Virus record (IMG/VR): IMGVR_UViG_3300013767_000192
Span: 1 to 33,129 of that record
DNA length: 33,129 bases
Reading direction: 5' to 3' (one strand)
Origin: a virus
Taxonomy: Duplodnaviria > Caudoviricetes
In this document: piece after piece, positions 9,153 through 17,617 of the stretch
Numbering within the stretch: the first letter of the stretch is position 1
Layout: each line of letters opens with the position of its first letter
Notes under the pieces: model-generated
What the model saw: the letters and a program-made list of their open reading frames with translations, nothing else
The model's database searches: none
What the model was told of the DNA's origin: nothing
Program-made: the position numbers and the translations under genes

Positions 9153-9598
9153 TCGGCCTCCTTGGCCAGCGCCTCGAGCTGCTCGGGCGTGACCTCGTCG
9201 GGGAACTCCTCGTCGACGAACTCGATGTACTCGGAGTAGAGCCGCGTCGCGACCGGCTGCACCAGCGCCGCGCGCAGCTCATCGACGCTGGCGGCGAACA
9301 GCGTGCGATGCTCGTCCGCGTCACGCAACGCGTAGAGCAGCACCTGGTACGCGACCTCGTTGCGCCGCTTCTCGGCCGGCGCCGTGCCGTCGGGATACGA
9401 CCTGCGCAGCGCCGCTTCCGCGGCGTCGATCGCCTTGTCGCGCTTGTTCTCGTCGACGAACGCCAAGACCGCGTTGCAATCGACGAGGTACTCCTCGCCG
9501 TGCGCGCCGCGTGCGATCGCCTTGAACCGCACCGGGCAGGTCGGCGCCATCGGCGCTCCCTCGCGGTGCTTCGCACTCAGAAATTCTCCGAGTCTCAT
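9026..9598 (-). CDS. Tail assembly chaperone (G-like, 190 aa)
   Basis: Between tube and tape measure; acidic helical protein; carries a slippery heptamer. Confidence 0.8.
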   Translation of the reverse strand: MRLGEFLSAKHREGAPMAPTCPVRFKAIARGAHGEEYLVDCNAVLAFVDENKRDKAIDAAEAALRRSYPDGTAPAEKRRNEVAYQVLLYALRDADEHRTLFAASVDELRAALVQPVATRLYSEYIEFVDEEFPDEVTPEQLEALAKEAEKNSFGDLLTSYGYLTIRRALPSLAARFGRSPTQTSGAGAPA

Positions 9599-9607
9599 TG
9601 TCCTCTC

Positions 9608-9988
9608 TCAGGCAATGCGAAGAAGCTCGGCCGCAACGAAGTTCACGGTCGTCTCGGTGTCGCCGGCCTCGGGCGTGTTCGACAGATCATCGTCCGAGAG
9701 GTGGCAGCCGTAGCAGGCCCACCGCTCGGCGCCCTTCGGGAAAGTGATCGTGAAACCCTCCTCCGAGTCGGAGAGCGCCTGCAAATCGATCTCGAGCCCG
9801 ACCTTCGGCACCGCAAGCGTCAACGCGCCGGTGACCTTGTAGAAGCCCTTGGCGGTGCCGATCGGACCGAACGCGCCGAACTTCACCGTGACTTGCCTCG
9901 CCCGCTTGATTGACACCTTGGTAATCGATGCGACAGCAACATTGTTCACCTCGATCGGGACTTGGCCTACGAGCGGGTTAAACGGCAT
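9608..9988 (-). CDS. Tail tube protein (126 aa)
   Basis: Beta-rich, typical size, downstream of sheath and upstream of chaperone. Confidence 0.8.
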   Translation of the reverse strand: MPFNPLVGQVPIEVNNVAVASITKVSIKRARQVTVKFGAFGPIGTAKGFYKVTGALTLAVPKVGLEIDLQALSDSEEGFTITFPKGAERWACYGCHLSDDDLSNTPEAGDTETTVNFVAAELLRIA

Positions 9989-10469
9989 GTTTCCCTGCTT
10001 TCGGCGGCGGATCAGCCGCCTGTGCGATCTCCTCCTCGATCCGGAGGTGATGGCGCAGCTTGGTCCTTACACGATGGCAGCAAGCGCAGACGACGTCGCA
10101 CTTCCCGATCTCCGCAAGGAGTTCATTGTCGACGTCGATCCGGTCGGAGATCTCGAACTTCTTGAGCTCGCCGTCTCGGTGGTCGAAATCCATCGCGCAC
10201 GTCGGAAAGCACCTGCCGCAATCGGCGCACGCGACCGCTTTCAGGCGATCGACGAATTCGTGGAACTGCCGCCTCTTCTCGCGTCGCTCGCTTCGGAAGT
10301 AGTGCCGGTTTTCAGATCGCCACCGAGCGATCTTCTCTACGTTGGCAGCGCGGTACACTTGACTTCGCTCGCGCGCGCAGCGCTTGCACTGCGAATCGAT
10401 GCGCCCGTTGCGCCGAGCACAGAACTCACGCTGATCGCCCTGGCGACCGCATCTTGTACACCGCTTCAC
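9978..10469 (-). CDS. HNH-family endonuclease with N-terminal zinc finger
   Basis: CTRC...CKRC, then CADC...MDFDH...EIGKCDVVCACCHRVRT; GTG start. Confidence 0.8.
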   Translation of the reverse strand: MKRCTRCGRQGDQREFCARRNGRIDSQCKRCARERSQVYRAANVEKIARWRSENRHYFRSERREKRRQFHEFVDRLKAVACADCGRCFPTCAMDFDHRDGELKKFEISDRIDVDNELLAEIGKCDVVCACCHRVRTKLRHHLRIEEEIAQAADPPPKAGKHAV

Positions 10470-10497
10470 GACGGTCAGCTCGAGAGACGATCGGTCT

Positions 10498-12243
10498 TCA
10501 GACGAGGCTCGCGTCGCCGCTCAACTGGTCGAGCTTTTCGGGCGGCCGGCACGGGATAAAGATGTCGACGCGGTGGCGGTTGTTGACGTTCGGGCTGACC
10601 CGCACCTGGTCCTTCAGGTCATCCACGCCGTCGAACAGATCGGCGTTGTCCCAGGTGCGAATGCGCTCGATCACCGCGTCCCGGATCGAGTCGAGCTTGA
10701 TCGTGTTCGGCGTGCGCGGCTCGCCGTAGAGCTTCAGGTTCTTGTGCGGGAAGCGCTGCTTCAAGAACGCGGCGAGGTCGAGCCGATAGAAGCCGAGCGT
10801 ACGGATCGTGCCCCACGCCCACAGGCGATCGTCGGTCGAATCGATCGTCGTGCGGTCGCTCAGGATGACGAGCTGACCGAGCGACTCATCGACCACGAGC
10901 GGCGTGAGCCCGAGTTGGAGAGCGGCGTTCTGTTCGTCCAGATCGGGCCGCGAGTTCTGGTGCGGGAGCAACAGCGGCACCACTCCGTCGGTCTGGAGAG
11001 GTTCGCCGTCGTAGTTGTACGGGTGATAGTCCTCGACGCAGACGCGCGCGGCCAAGCGCGCGCCGAGCTCGTACGCTTGCTCGGGCGCATCGGGACACCA
11101 GCCAATCGCGTACCTCGGCGAACCGGCGAGCGTCGGCGTCGTGGATGGCGGAAGCGCGCCGGCCTGGGTGACCGAGTCCGTCGAGCCGAGAAAGAGCTGT
11201 TGATCCTTTTGGCGCTTGCCGTCGGCGTAGCCCTCGATGTGCGCGGCCATCGCGCCGAGCGAATCGGCGTCAAGGAACGCGGACGTCCAGCACGGAAACG
11301 CTGCCTGCCCTGCGACATTGCCGAGCCCCTGGGTGAGCGCCGGCTCGCCCGATCCCGCCACGCCGATGGCGAGAGTGACGGCGATCCCGGTCGTCGTGTA
11401 GATCGTGGCCGAGATCCGGTGCACTACCCGGCCCGGCGCGTAGTAGAGCGTGAGCAGCCCGGCCGCGCTCGCCTCCGCCGTACACGGATAGGAATCGGCC
11501 GCGAACGCCTGCGCCAGCGATTGCGAGACGGTGATGCCAGTGTCGTTGTTCTTGATCGCGGCCTGCACAGCCTGAGTGCCGACCCTGACCACGACCGAGC
11601 CGTCGCCCACGCCGAGGCCATTGAAGCTGATGGTCCCTGGCGATGCGCGCACACCCGAGTTGCCCGAGAAGGCGACCATCACCGGCAGGTCATTGCCGAC
11701 GACGCCGACGTGGCGATAGACGAGCGTGACCGTGGCGCCGTTCGCCTGCGCGATGACCGGCACGTCGAGGAGCTGCTTGTTGATCGTCGAGGCGACGTGC
11801 CCGGCGATGGCGGCGGCCGAATCGAGATTCGCGATCGCGACCGTCGTTCGGTAGCCGCAGATGGTGATGTCGACCGCGCCCGCGCCCTTGGCGTCGCCGA
11901 TGAAGGTGATGAGGTGCGTGGACGCGATACCGCCCACCGGCTCGGGAATGGCGACGCCGTAGATGTCGGCCGCGCCGCCGCCAATCTGCGATTGCGTCGC
12001 GGCATGCAGGCGCGCCAGGTCGGAGCCGCGCCCGAAGTAGAGATTCGCGCTCGCCTGTCCCTGCAGCTGGACGACCGTGTTGAGCGGCGCGATCCCGGTC
12101 GCCGTCTTGTGGCCGACGAAGAGGATGCGCTTGGCGATGTTGCCGATCCCGGCCGACGAGCCGTGGAGGTCCAGCGAGATGTAGATCCCCGGAACCAACC
12201 AGTTGGAGGCCAGGTCGGGATTGAGCGGCGCGGAGATGGTCAT
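10498..12243 (-). CDS. Contractile tail sheath protein (Mu gpL-like)
   Basis: WLVPGIYI, YFGRGSDLARL, EQNAALQLGLTPL, NNRHRVDIFIP motifs. Confidence 0.95.
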   Translation of the reverse strand: MTISAPLNPDLASNWLVPGIYISLDLHGSSAGIGNIAKRILFVGHKTATGIAPLNTVVQLQGQASANLYFGRGSDLARLHAATQSQIGGGAADIYGVAIPEPVGGIASTHLITFIGDAKGAGAVDITICGYRTTVAIANLDSAAAIAGHVASTINKQLLDVPVIAQANGATVTLVYRHVGVVGNDLPVMVAFSGNSGVRASPGTISFNGLGVGDGSVVVRVGTQAVQAAIKNNDTGITVSQSLAQAFAADSYPCTAEASAAGLLTLYYAPGRVVHRISATIYTTTGIAVTLAIGVAGSGEPALTQGLGNVAGQAAFPCWTSAFLDADSLGAMAAHIEGYADGKRQKDQQLFLGSTDSVTQAGALPPSTTPTLAGSPRYAIGWCPDAPEQAYELGARLAARVCVEDYHPYNYDGEPLQTDGVVPLLLPHQNSRPDLDEQNAALQLGLTPLVVDESLGQLVILSDRTTIDSTDDRLWAWGTIRTLGFYRLDLAAFLKQRFPHKNLKLYGEPRTPNTIKLDSIRDAVIERIRTWDNADLFDGVDDLKDQVRVSPNVNNRHRVDIFIPCRPPEKLDQLSGDASLV

Positions 12244-12461
12244 GACACGTCACCGGAGCGCGCAGGCGCGCTCGTCTTCGCATTCGGATCGGTGAGGAGA
12301 ATCGAACCGTCGCCGGCACGGCGCGCCCACCAGGTGGACCACTCGACGACCGCGCCGTCCGCGGGCAGGAAACGATCGGCGATGCCCGGATGCTCGGGCA
12401 CGCGCACGCCCGGCCGCGGCCAGACGCGAACGCGCTGACCCATCTTGAAGGCGCTGGTCAT
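12240..12461 (-). CDS. Mu gp38-like (DUF2635) protein
   Basis: PRPGVRVP...LPADGAVVEWSTWWARRAGDGSI; ATGA overlap with the sheath start. Confidence 0.88.
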   Translation of the reverse strand: MTSAFKMGQRVRVWPRPGVRVPEHPGIADRFLPADGAVVEWSTWWARRAGDGSILLTDPNAKTSAPARSGDVS

Positions 12462-12470
12462 GAGGTTTTC

Positions 12471-13289
12471 TCAGCGACCGAAGTCGACTTCGGATTCGAG
12501 AACGGGCTCGTCCCCCATCGCGTACTCGGCGTCCGCGCCCTCGAGCGCCACCACATCTTCCTCGGGTCTGAGCGTCGCCCAGACGGTGATGTCCAGCGCT
12601 TCGACGACCGTGCGCTTCGCGAGCGCCACGATCACGGGCCGCTCGTCGCCGATCTCGACTCGTTCGACGGCGCCGCCGAGGCCGAGATCACTGCCGGCGA
12701 GCACTGCCTTCGAGTCGCCGAGGATGGCCGCAGTGCCGGGATCGAGCTTGCGCTCGCCCTCGCGTTGGCTACCGTGCCACGCAGCTTCGCCGCCGCGCAT
12801 GTTCGTGCTGATCGCGAACAGCCGATACGAGACGATGTACCAATAGAGCGCGCCGGCTCGGTTGGACACCGGCTTGTGGCGCGCGCCCTCGAACGAGATG
12901 AGCAGCGCCGGCTTCTTCGACAGAAGTCGCTCGGTCATCGTCTCCTGATCTTCGTCTTCGTTGTACAGCTCGCACCGCTCGAGGTAGCCCTCGGCGGCGA
13001 ACGATTCCGTTCTCAGCCATCGGCCGGGCGCACCCGTGGGCAGATCAGTCGCGGCGACGATGCTATCGCCGTCAGCCACCCGCGTGTCGCTGCGGGCGAA
13101 CCGGAACGTGCGCCGAACTGAGGAGACGTGTCGCAGATCGTCATCGGCGAGCGCCGACGATGGCAGCCCCGCGAGCTCGTCGGTCGAAGCGGCCGGCGGC
13201 AACCGCCGACCGTACGCGAGCAAGAGCGTATCGCGAAGCGCCGTCTCGATGACGACCCGTGCGTTACGAAAGGTGAGCTCGACCATCAC
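12471..13289 (-). CDS. Tail terminator / Mu gp37-like protein with N-terminal insert
   Basis: Position between G-like and gp38-like genes; PALLISFEGA core. Confidence 0.65.
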   Translation of the reverse strand: MMVELTFRNARVVIETALRDTLLLAYGRRLPPAASTDELAGLPSSALADDDLRHVSSVRRTFRFARSDTRVADGDSIVAATDLPTGAPGRWLRTESFAAEGYLERCELYNEDEDQETMTERLLSKKPALLISFEGARHKPVSNRAGALYWYIVSYRLFAISTNMRGGEAAWHGSQREGERKLDPGTAAILGDSKAVLAGSDLGLGGAVERVEIGDERPVIVALAKRTVVEALDITVWATLRPEEDVVALEGADAEYAMGDEPVLESEVDFGR

Positions 13290-13999
13290 AGCCCCACGTC
13301 GGCAACGCCGATGGCGCGCGCGACCAAGATCTTGACGAGCACGTCCACATCGTCCGGCTCGAGCTCGGCGAACGTGCGCTTCGGAATCATCGCGCCCTTG
13401 CCCGCAGCCCCGCCTTCGTTGTGCACGCCCGCCCAGGGAACGAACGAGCCGACCACGATCGCGTTGCCGGAGAGCTGCGCCTTGATCGTCGAGCCCAGCC
13501 GACCGAGGAGGTGCTGGTGCTTCGTGATCGCGCGCCGATGCTTGCGGCGCTTGCCCGCGTGTGCGCGATCGAGCGCCTTGGCGAGATTCGATAGCTCGCG
13601 CGCGTATCGACGGCCGGCCGCGAAGTGTCGTACCGCTTCGCCCAGCGCTCCACCGCCGGTCGACCGCGTCGCCCGCTCGAACGCGACGAGCACGCGCGCA
13701 TCGAGCCGCTCCGCGCGCACGTCGCGCTGGAGCCGCCGGCGCAGTCGCTTCAGGTGCGGTGATTCACGGAGCTTGCCCGCGCGGGTGACCGTGCCGGTGT
13801 AGCTCTGCAGCAGGTGGTGCCCCGTCGACTGGGCCAGCGGCGGCCAGCCCGGCCCCTCGGCAGTGAATCGATCTTTGAACTTCGCCCGCAGGTAGCCGCC
13901 GAAGATCTTCAGCGGCGGCCGGAGGTCCGTCAGCGTGCGGACGATCAGCTCGAGCCGGCGGCGGCCCGCTGTCGTATCGACCGAGAGTCTGACGCGCAC
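13286..13999 (-). CDS. Virion morphogenesis protein (Mu gpG / tail completion S-like)
   Basis: RFTAEGPGWPPLAQST and VGSFVPWAGVHNEGG...IPKRTF motifs; GTG start. Confidence 0.88.
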   Translation of the reverse strand: MRVRLSVDTTAGRRRLELIVRTLTDLRPPLKIFGGYLRAKFKDRFTAEGPGWPPLAQSTGHHLLQSYTGTVTRAGKLRESPHLKRLRRRLQRDVRAERLDARVLVAFERATRSTGGGALGEAVRHFAAGRRYARELSNLAKALDRAHAGKRRKHRRAITKHQHLLGRLGSTIKAQLSGNAIVVGSFVPWAGVHNEGGAAGKGAMIPKRTFAELEPDDVDVLVKILVARAIGVADVGL

Positions 14000-14005
14000 G
14001 TGACC

Positions 14006-14452
14006 TCAACAAAACCCCTTCAGGTTGCGCCGGGTGGTGCGCGTCTTGAGCGGATCGATGTCGACCACCTCGACCGGGTACGACGTCGCCGGGTGGCGCG
14101 CGGCGCCGAGCGTGCGAGTGCCCTTGGCGACATCGTCGAGCCAGCGCAGCGTGTCCTCGTATCCCTCGCGGACATCCTGAGGAACCGCCTGGCCCGACGT
14201 GCCCTTCTGGTACGCCCAGTAGACCGCGAGCTGCAGCTTCCGCTGTTCGAGCACAAGTGAGCCGTCGACGCGTGGATCGTCGAGGTCCACCGCCACTTGG
14301 ATGGCCGAGGCTGCCTCGCCTTCGGCCGCGTCAATCACCTGGGCGACCAGATCCTCGTCGGCGAAGCCGTCGAAGTTCTTGTCGAGGAGATCGCGCAGCT
14401 TGTCTGCGCCGCCGAGCGCGCCTTCGAGCTTGCCCTGGGTGAGGCGCGCCAT
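14006..14452 (-). CDS. Head-tail connector, Mu gp36-like (DUF1320)
   Basis: VIDAAEGEA...LAVYWAY...VREGYEDTLRWLDDVAKG pattern. Confidence 0.88.
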   Translation of the reverse strand: MARLTQGKLEGALGGADKLRDLLDKNFDGFADEDLVAQVIDAAEGEAASAIQVAVDLDDPRVDGSLVLEQRKLQLAVYWAYQKGTSGQAVPQDVREGYEDTLRWLDDVAKGTRTLGAARHPATSYPVEVVDIDPLKTRTTRRNLKGFC

Positions 14453-14455
14453 CGG

Positions 14456-14785
14456 TCACCCGTTGCCCGGCGTGCCGGCGCCGGCGAGCAGCTCGCGCTG
14501 TCGCCGTTGCTCCTCGAGCTGGCGCGCGCGCACTACGCGCAGGGCCTCGGCTTCCTTATCTGCCCAGCCGTTCGCCGTCGAGCGGTCGTCCTGCACCTGG
14601 CTCGCCTGCTGCGCGCGTCTTGCCTCCTGCTCCTTGCGCTGCGCCTCCTCGTCTTCCTTCGACAGCAGAACGCGCGCGCCGACGCGCTTGTACTCCCGCT
14701 CCTCCACTTCAACGGTGTCGCCGCGGAAGTGCACGCCGTACTGATGGCACACCACCTTGGCGCGGATCTTCTTCGGCTCCGCCAT
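14456..14785 (-). CDS. Hypothetical protein after capsid gene (109 aa, coiled-coil C-terminus)
   Basis: GAGGTG RBS and ATG at 14785 (MAEPKKIRAK); fills the capsid-to-gp36 gap. Confidence 0.75.
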   Translation of the reverse strand: MAEPKKIRAKVVCHQYGVHFRGDTVEVEEREYKRVGARVLLSKEDEEAQRKEQEARRAQQASQVQDDRSTANGWADKEAEALRVVRARQLEEQRRQRELLAGAGTPGNG

Positions 14786-14796
14786 TTGGCACCTCT

Positions 14797-15846
14797 TCAG
14801 TTGAGCTCGCCGCGGTAGAGGTCGAGGTTGCTCGCATCGACCACGCCCTTGAGCACGAACAGCGACTCGGTCTTGACGACCTTGTACTGGACGTTGGTCC
14901 GCACGCGCACGATGGTCGAGCCGTCGGGGCCGCGCTCGGGCTTCGGATACGTGTACGCGCCGATGGTGTCGGCGGGGTTGCCATCGTCCGCCGGCGAGTT
15001 CTTGCCGGTAAACGCGAATCGGTGCGTCGCGCCGACCGATTTCAGCGACGGCTCCTCGATGTACGCGATCGGTACATCCGCCCCGATCCAGCTGCGCTTC
15101 GCTCCCTGCTGCGGGCCGCGCTTGGTCTCGTAGCGGCCGAAGGTGATCTTGATCGAGCCCGGCTCGAGCACGTCCTCGAGCTTCTTCTCGAGCATCTCGA
15201 CCGTGACCATCTGCAGACCTGCCGGCGTGGTGTGCACCGGCGCGATCGCCTGCATCGCGGGGTTGAACTGCATGCCGCGCCAGGTGAGGAAGTCGAAGCC
15301 CATCCGGTTCGGCTTCCGGCCGATCTGCGAGATGATGTACTCGCACGCCTTGCGCAGCTCGAGCACAGGGTTCGAGCGCAGCGAGGTGTAGTTGTCGAAG
15401 AGCTCGTCGGGGCCGAGCACCTTGTACGAGGTGCCGAGCTGCGCGATGTCCCTGAGCGTCGCGAACCCCTCGAGCTCGAGCGAGTTCGCCAGGACCGTCA
15501 TCGGGATGTCGGTCTGGAGCTGCTCGTACTGGAGGATGTCGTCGGCGCGCGCGCGATCGTAGTGATCGATCACGCCCTCGAGCGCGTGCGCCCGGCAACG
15601 GTACTGCCCGTCGGGATCGACGTAGAACTGCACCTCGGCGACATCGCCGTCGGCCGACACCACCGTCTCGGCGGTCTGCTGCCAGGTGGACTGGTTGATG
15701 CGCTTGTAGAGGTTCGATTCCTTGTCGACCCTCAGCGTCGGGAAAAACCAGTCGGAGAGGTACCAGTTGTCCTTCGGCGGCGTCCAACGCTGGACGTAGT
15801 TCGACAAAAGGACGTCGCGGTGGAGAACCGTGTTTGACGTCGGCAT
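14797..15846 (-). CDS. Major capsid protein (349 aa)
   Basis: CAGGAG RBS, ATG 15846; LLSNY...WFFPTLRV, IGRKPNRM patterns; size and synteny. Confidence 0.9.
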   Translation of the reverse strand: MPTSNTVLHRDVLLSNYVQRWTPPKDNWYLSDWFFPTLRVDKESNLYKRINQSTWQQTAETVVSADGDVAEVQFYVDPDGQYRCRAHALEGVIDHYDRARADDILQYEQLQTDIPMTVLANSLELEGFATLRDIAQLGTSYKVLGPDELFDNYTSLRSNPVLELRKACEYIISQIGRKPNRMGFDFLTWRGMQFNPAMQAIAPVHTTPAGLQMVTVEMLEKKLEDVLEPGSIKITFGRYETKRGPQQGAKRSWIGADVPIAYIEEPSLKSVGATHRFAFTGKNSPADDGNPADTIGAYTYPKPERGPDGSTIVRVRTNVQYKVVKTESLFVLKGVVDASNLDLYRGELN

Positions 15847-15872
15847 CGGCGGCTCCTGCCGCCTCGCCAACA

Positions 15873-15890
15873 GCCGAGCCGAAGCTCGGC
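15873..15890 (-). promoter_or_regulatory. C(UUCG)G tetraloop hairpin in capsid gene leader
   Basis: Minus strand GCCGAGC-TTCG-GCTCGGC, perfect 7-bp stem in the intergenic gap. Confidence 0.6.
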
Positions 15891-15936
15891 CGCTCGCGAC
15901 GCGGCACGAAAAGAGGTTGCTGACGGGAACGTGGTG

Positions 15937-16764
15937 CTACGTCACGTCGAAGCTGGCGATGAGGCCCGCGGCGGTCGCCGAGTACGACACCACTTTGAGC
16001 GCGAGAAGATCGCCGCGGGCGAGCACCACCCAGCGCGCAAGATCGTCGACAGCGGCCTGGGGCCCGGCGAACTGGCACGAGACAGCGAGGTCGGTCCAGA
16101 TCGTGCCGCCGTCGCTCGATTTCACGACGGTCACGGTCACGGTTTCGTTCTGGGACGGCAGCGCCTGCAGCGTCGCACCGAGGCTGCGTACCACCTCGCC
16201 GTCGAAGCGCACGCGATAGAGCGCAACCGGCACTGGGCTCAGCGCCGAGCCGGGAGGACCGAGGTAGCGCGTGACGTTGTTGCCGAGCGGCGTCGCGCCG
16301 GGCTCGCCGCCGGTGACCGCGCGGACGAGCTCGATCCAGCCCGGCCGCACCTCGCCTTCGACCAGCTCGGGCGCGTTGCCGACCTGGTGAGCCTCCTCGA
16401 AGTGCCCGAGCACCATGGCCGACGAGCTGAAGGGCACGCGCTGGCGCACGTTGCCGAGGTTCGGCGCCCGGTCGGCGATCACTTGGCCCCCGAGCTGAGT
16501 CGCAACATTCGGCGAGACGAGGAGCTTGGCGTAGCCGAGCTTCTGGATCGAGATCTCCTCGCCCTGCGTCGTGCCGCCGCCGCCCATCACGCCCGCGGTC
16601 CGGTTGATGCCGGCGGCGGGCTGGAGTTGCGCCGCCTGCCAGCTCGGCAGCGCGACCTGAAATGCGGCCGAGCCGAAGACGGCGACCTGGCCTTCTTGAA
16701 AACCGCCGCTCGCGTCGTAGTAGCCGAGGTTGAAGAGGCGCGCGATTGCGCGTGTGAGACCCAT
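15937..16764 (-). CDS. Capsid decoration/cement protein with extra C-terminal beta domain
   Basis: Between scaffold and capsid; AGVMG...QGEEISIQKLGYAKL...GGQVIAD resembles DUF2190-type cement proteins; GGAGAG RBS. Confidence 0.65.
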   Translation of the reverse strand: MGLTRAIARLFNLGYYDASGGFQEGQVAVFGSAAFQVALPSWQAAQLQPAAGINRTAGVMGGGGTTQGEEISIQKLGYAKLLVSPNVATQLGGQVIADRAPNLGNVRQRVPFSSSAMVLGHFEEAHQVGNAPELVEGEVRPGWIELVRAVTGGEPGATPLGNNVTRYLGPPGSALSPVPVALYRVRFDGEVVRSLGATLQALPSQNETVTVTVVKSSDGGTIWTDLAVSCQFAGPQAAVDDLARWVVLARGDLLALKVVSYSATAAGLIASFDVT

Positions 16765-16792
16765 GACATCTCTCCTGTCGGGATGGTTTGGT

Positions 16793-17617
16793 TCAGCCGC
16801 GCATCGCCGCGTAGGCCGCGTACAGCTCGGGGTGCTTCGCCTTCACGCGCGTCATCGCGACGGGATACGAGACCTTCTCGTCGGCCGCGATCTTCTTCGC
16901 CGCCTCGTCGACGCGCTTCTCGATCTCGGCCGGATCGTCGCCGGCGAGGTTGAGCGGCTCGCCCTCGGGCTTGCCGGTGGGCGCGCCGGCGGTCGTGTAG
17001 CGCTTGAGCGCCGCCCACCGGCCCTTGTTCTTCTCGACGTGCAGCTTGGCCATGTTCGGCGCGCTGCGGTAGAACTCCGCCAGCCCGTCGACCTGCTCCG
17101 GATCCCACGCGCAGTCAGGCGACTTGCCATCCGCCCACTTGCGCGCGAAGGCGATCACTTCGGCTTCCTTCTCCGCCTGGGCGCGCACCTGCTCCTTCGA
17201 CTCGAGCTCGCCGAGCTTGCGCTTGAGGTCCGCGATCTCGGTCTTCGGCGCGGTGGTGAAGCGCAGCTCGGTCACCCTCTGGCGGATCGCCGACATGCTG
17301 GCGGCAACGCCGAGGTCCTTGGCCATCGCCGTCATCTCTCGCTTGTCGTCGTCCTTGTCGTCGTCGTCGCCGTCGCCTTCCATGAACTTTCGGAAGCGCG
17401 CCATCGACTCCTCGTCCTTCATGAACTTCTCGACGAACTTGGTCATCTCCTCTTCGCCACCGACGGCGTCGGCGAAGCGGCGGTAACGGGACATCGCCTC
17501 GTCGCGGCTCTTCTTGTCGGCGTCGACCTCCTCGGCGTATTTGGCCATGGCGGCGCGCATCTGCTCGGGCGTGGCGCTGTCGTCGACGCCGTAGCGCTTC
17601 ATCGTCTCGGGATTCAT
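16793..17617 (-). CDS. Putative nested scaffold protein from internal in-frame start
   Basis: GGAG-N8-ATG (MNPETMKRYG) right after the protease domain, as for Mu Z. Confidence 0.6.
   Translation of the reverse strand: MNPETMKRYGVDDSATPEQMRAAMAKYAEEVDADKKSRDEAMSRYRRFADAVGGEEEMTKFVEKFMKDEESMARFRKFMEGDGDDDDKDDDKREMTAMAKDLGVAASMSAIRQRVTELRFTTAPKTEIADLKRKLGELESKEQVRAQAEKEAEVIAFARKWADGKSPDCAWDPEQVDGLAEFYRSAPNMAKLHVEKNKGRWAALKRYTTAGAPTGKPEGEPLNLAGDDPAEIEKRVDEAAKKIAADEKVSYPVAMTRVKAKHPELYAAYAAMRG

Noticed and set aside
10573-12438. Long plus-strand ORFs (also 20841-22484, 22758-24380, 14620-15837, 27828-29165)
   Set aside because: Antisense shadows of well-supported genes, Arg-rich and motif-free, as expected in high-GC DNA.
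1-12461. Tailocin / extracellular contractile injection system
   Set aside because: Terminase, portal, protease and capsid genes are present and apparently intact.
14786-16078. Long alternative-frame minus ORFs or extensions (also 19078-20928, 26091-27029, 31747-32658)
   Set aside because: They overlap real genes in another frame; only the 3' parts with their own RBS or coupled start were kept.
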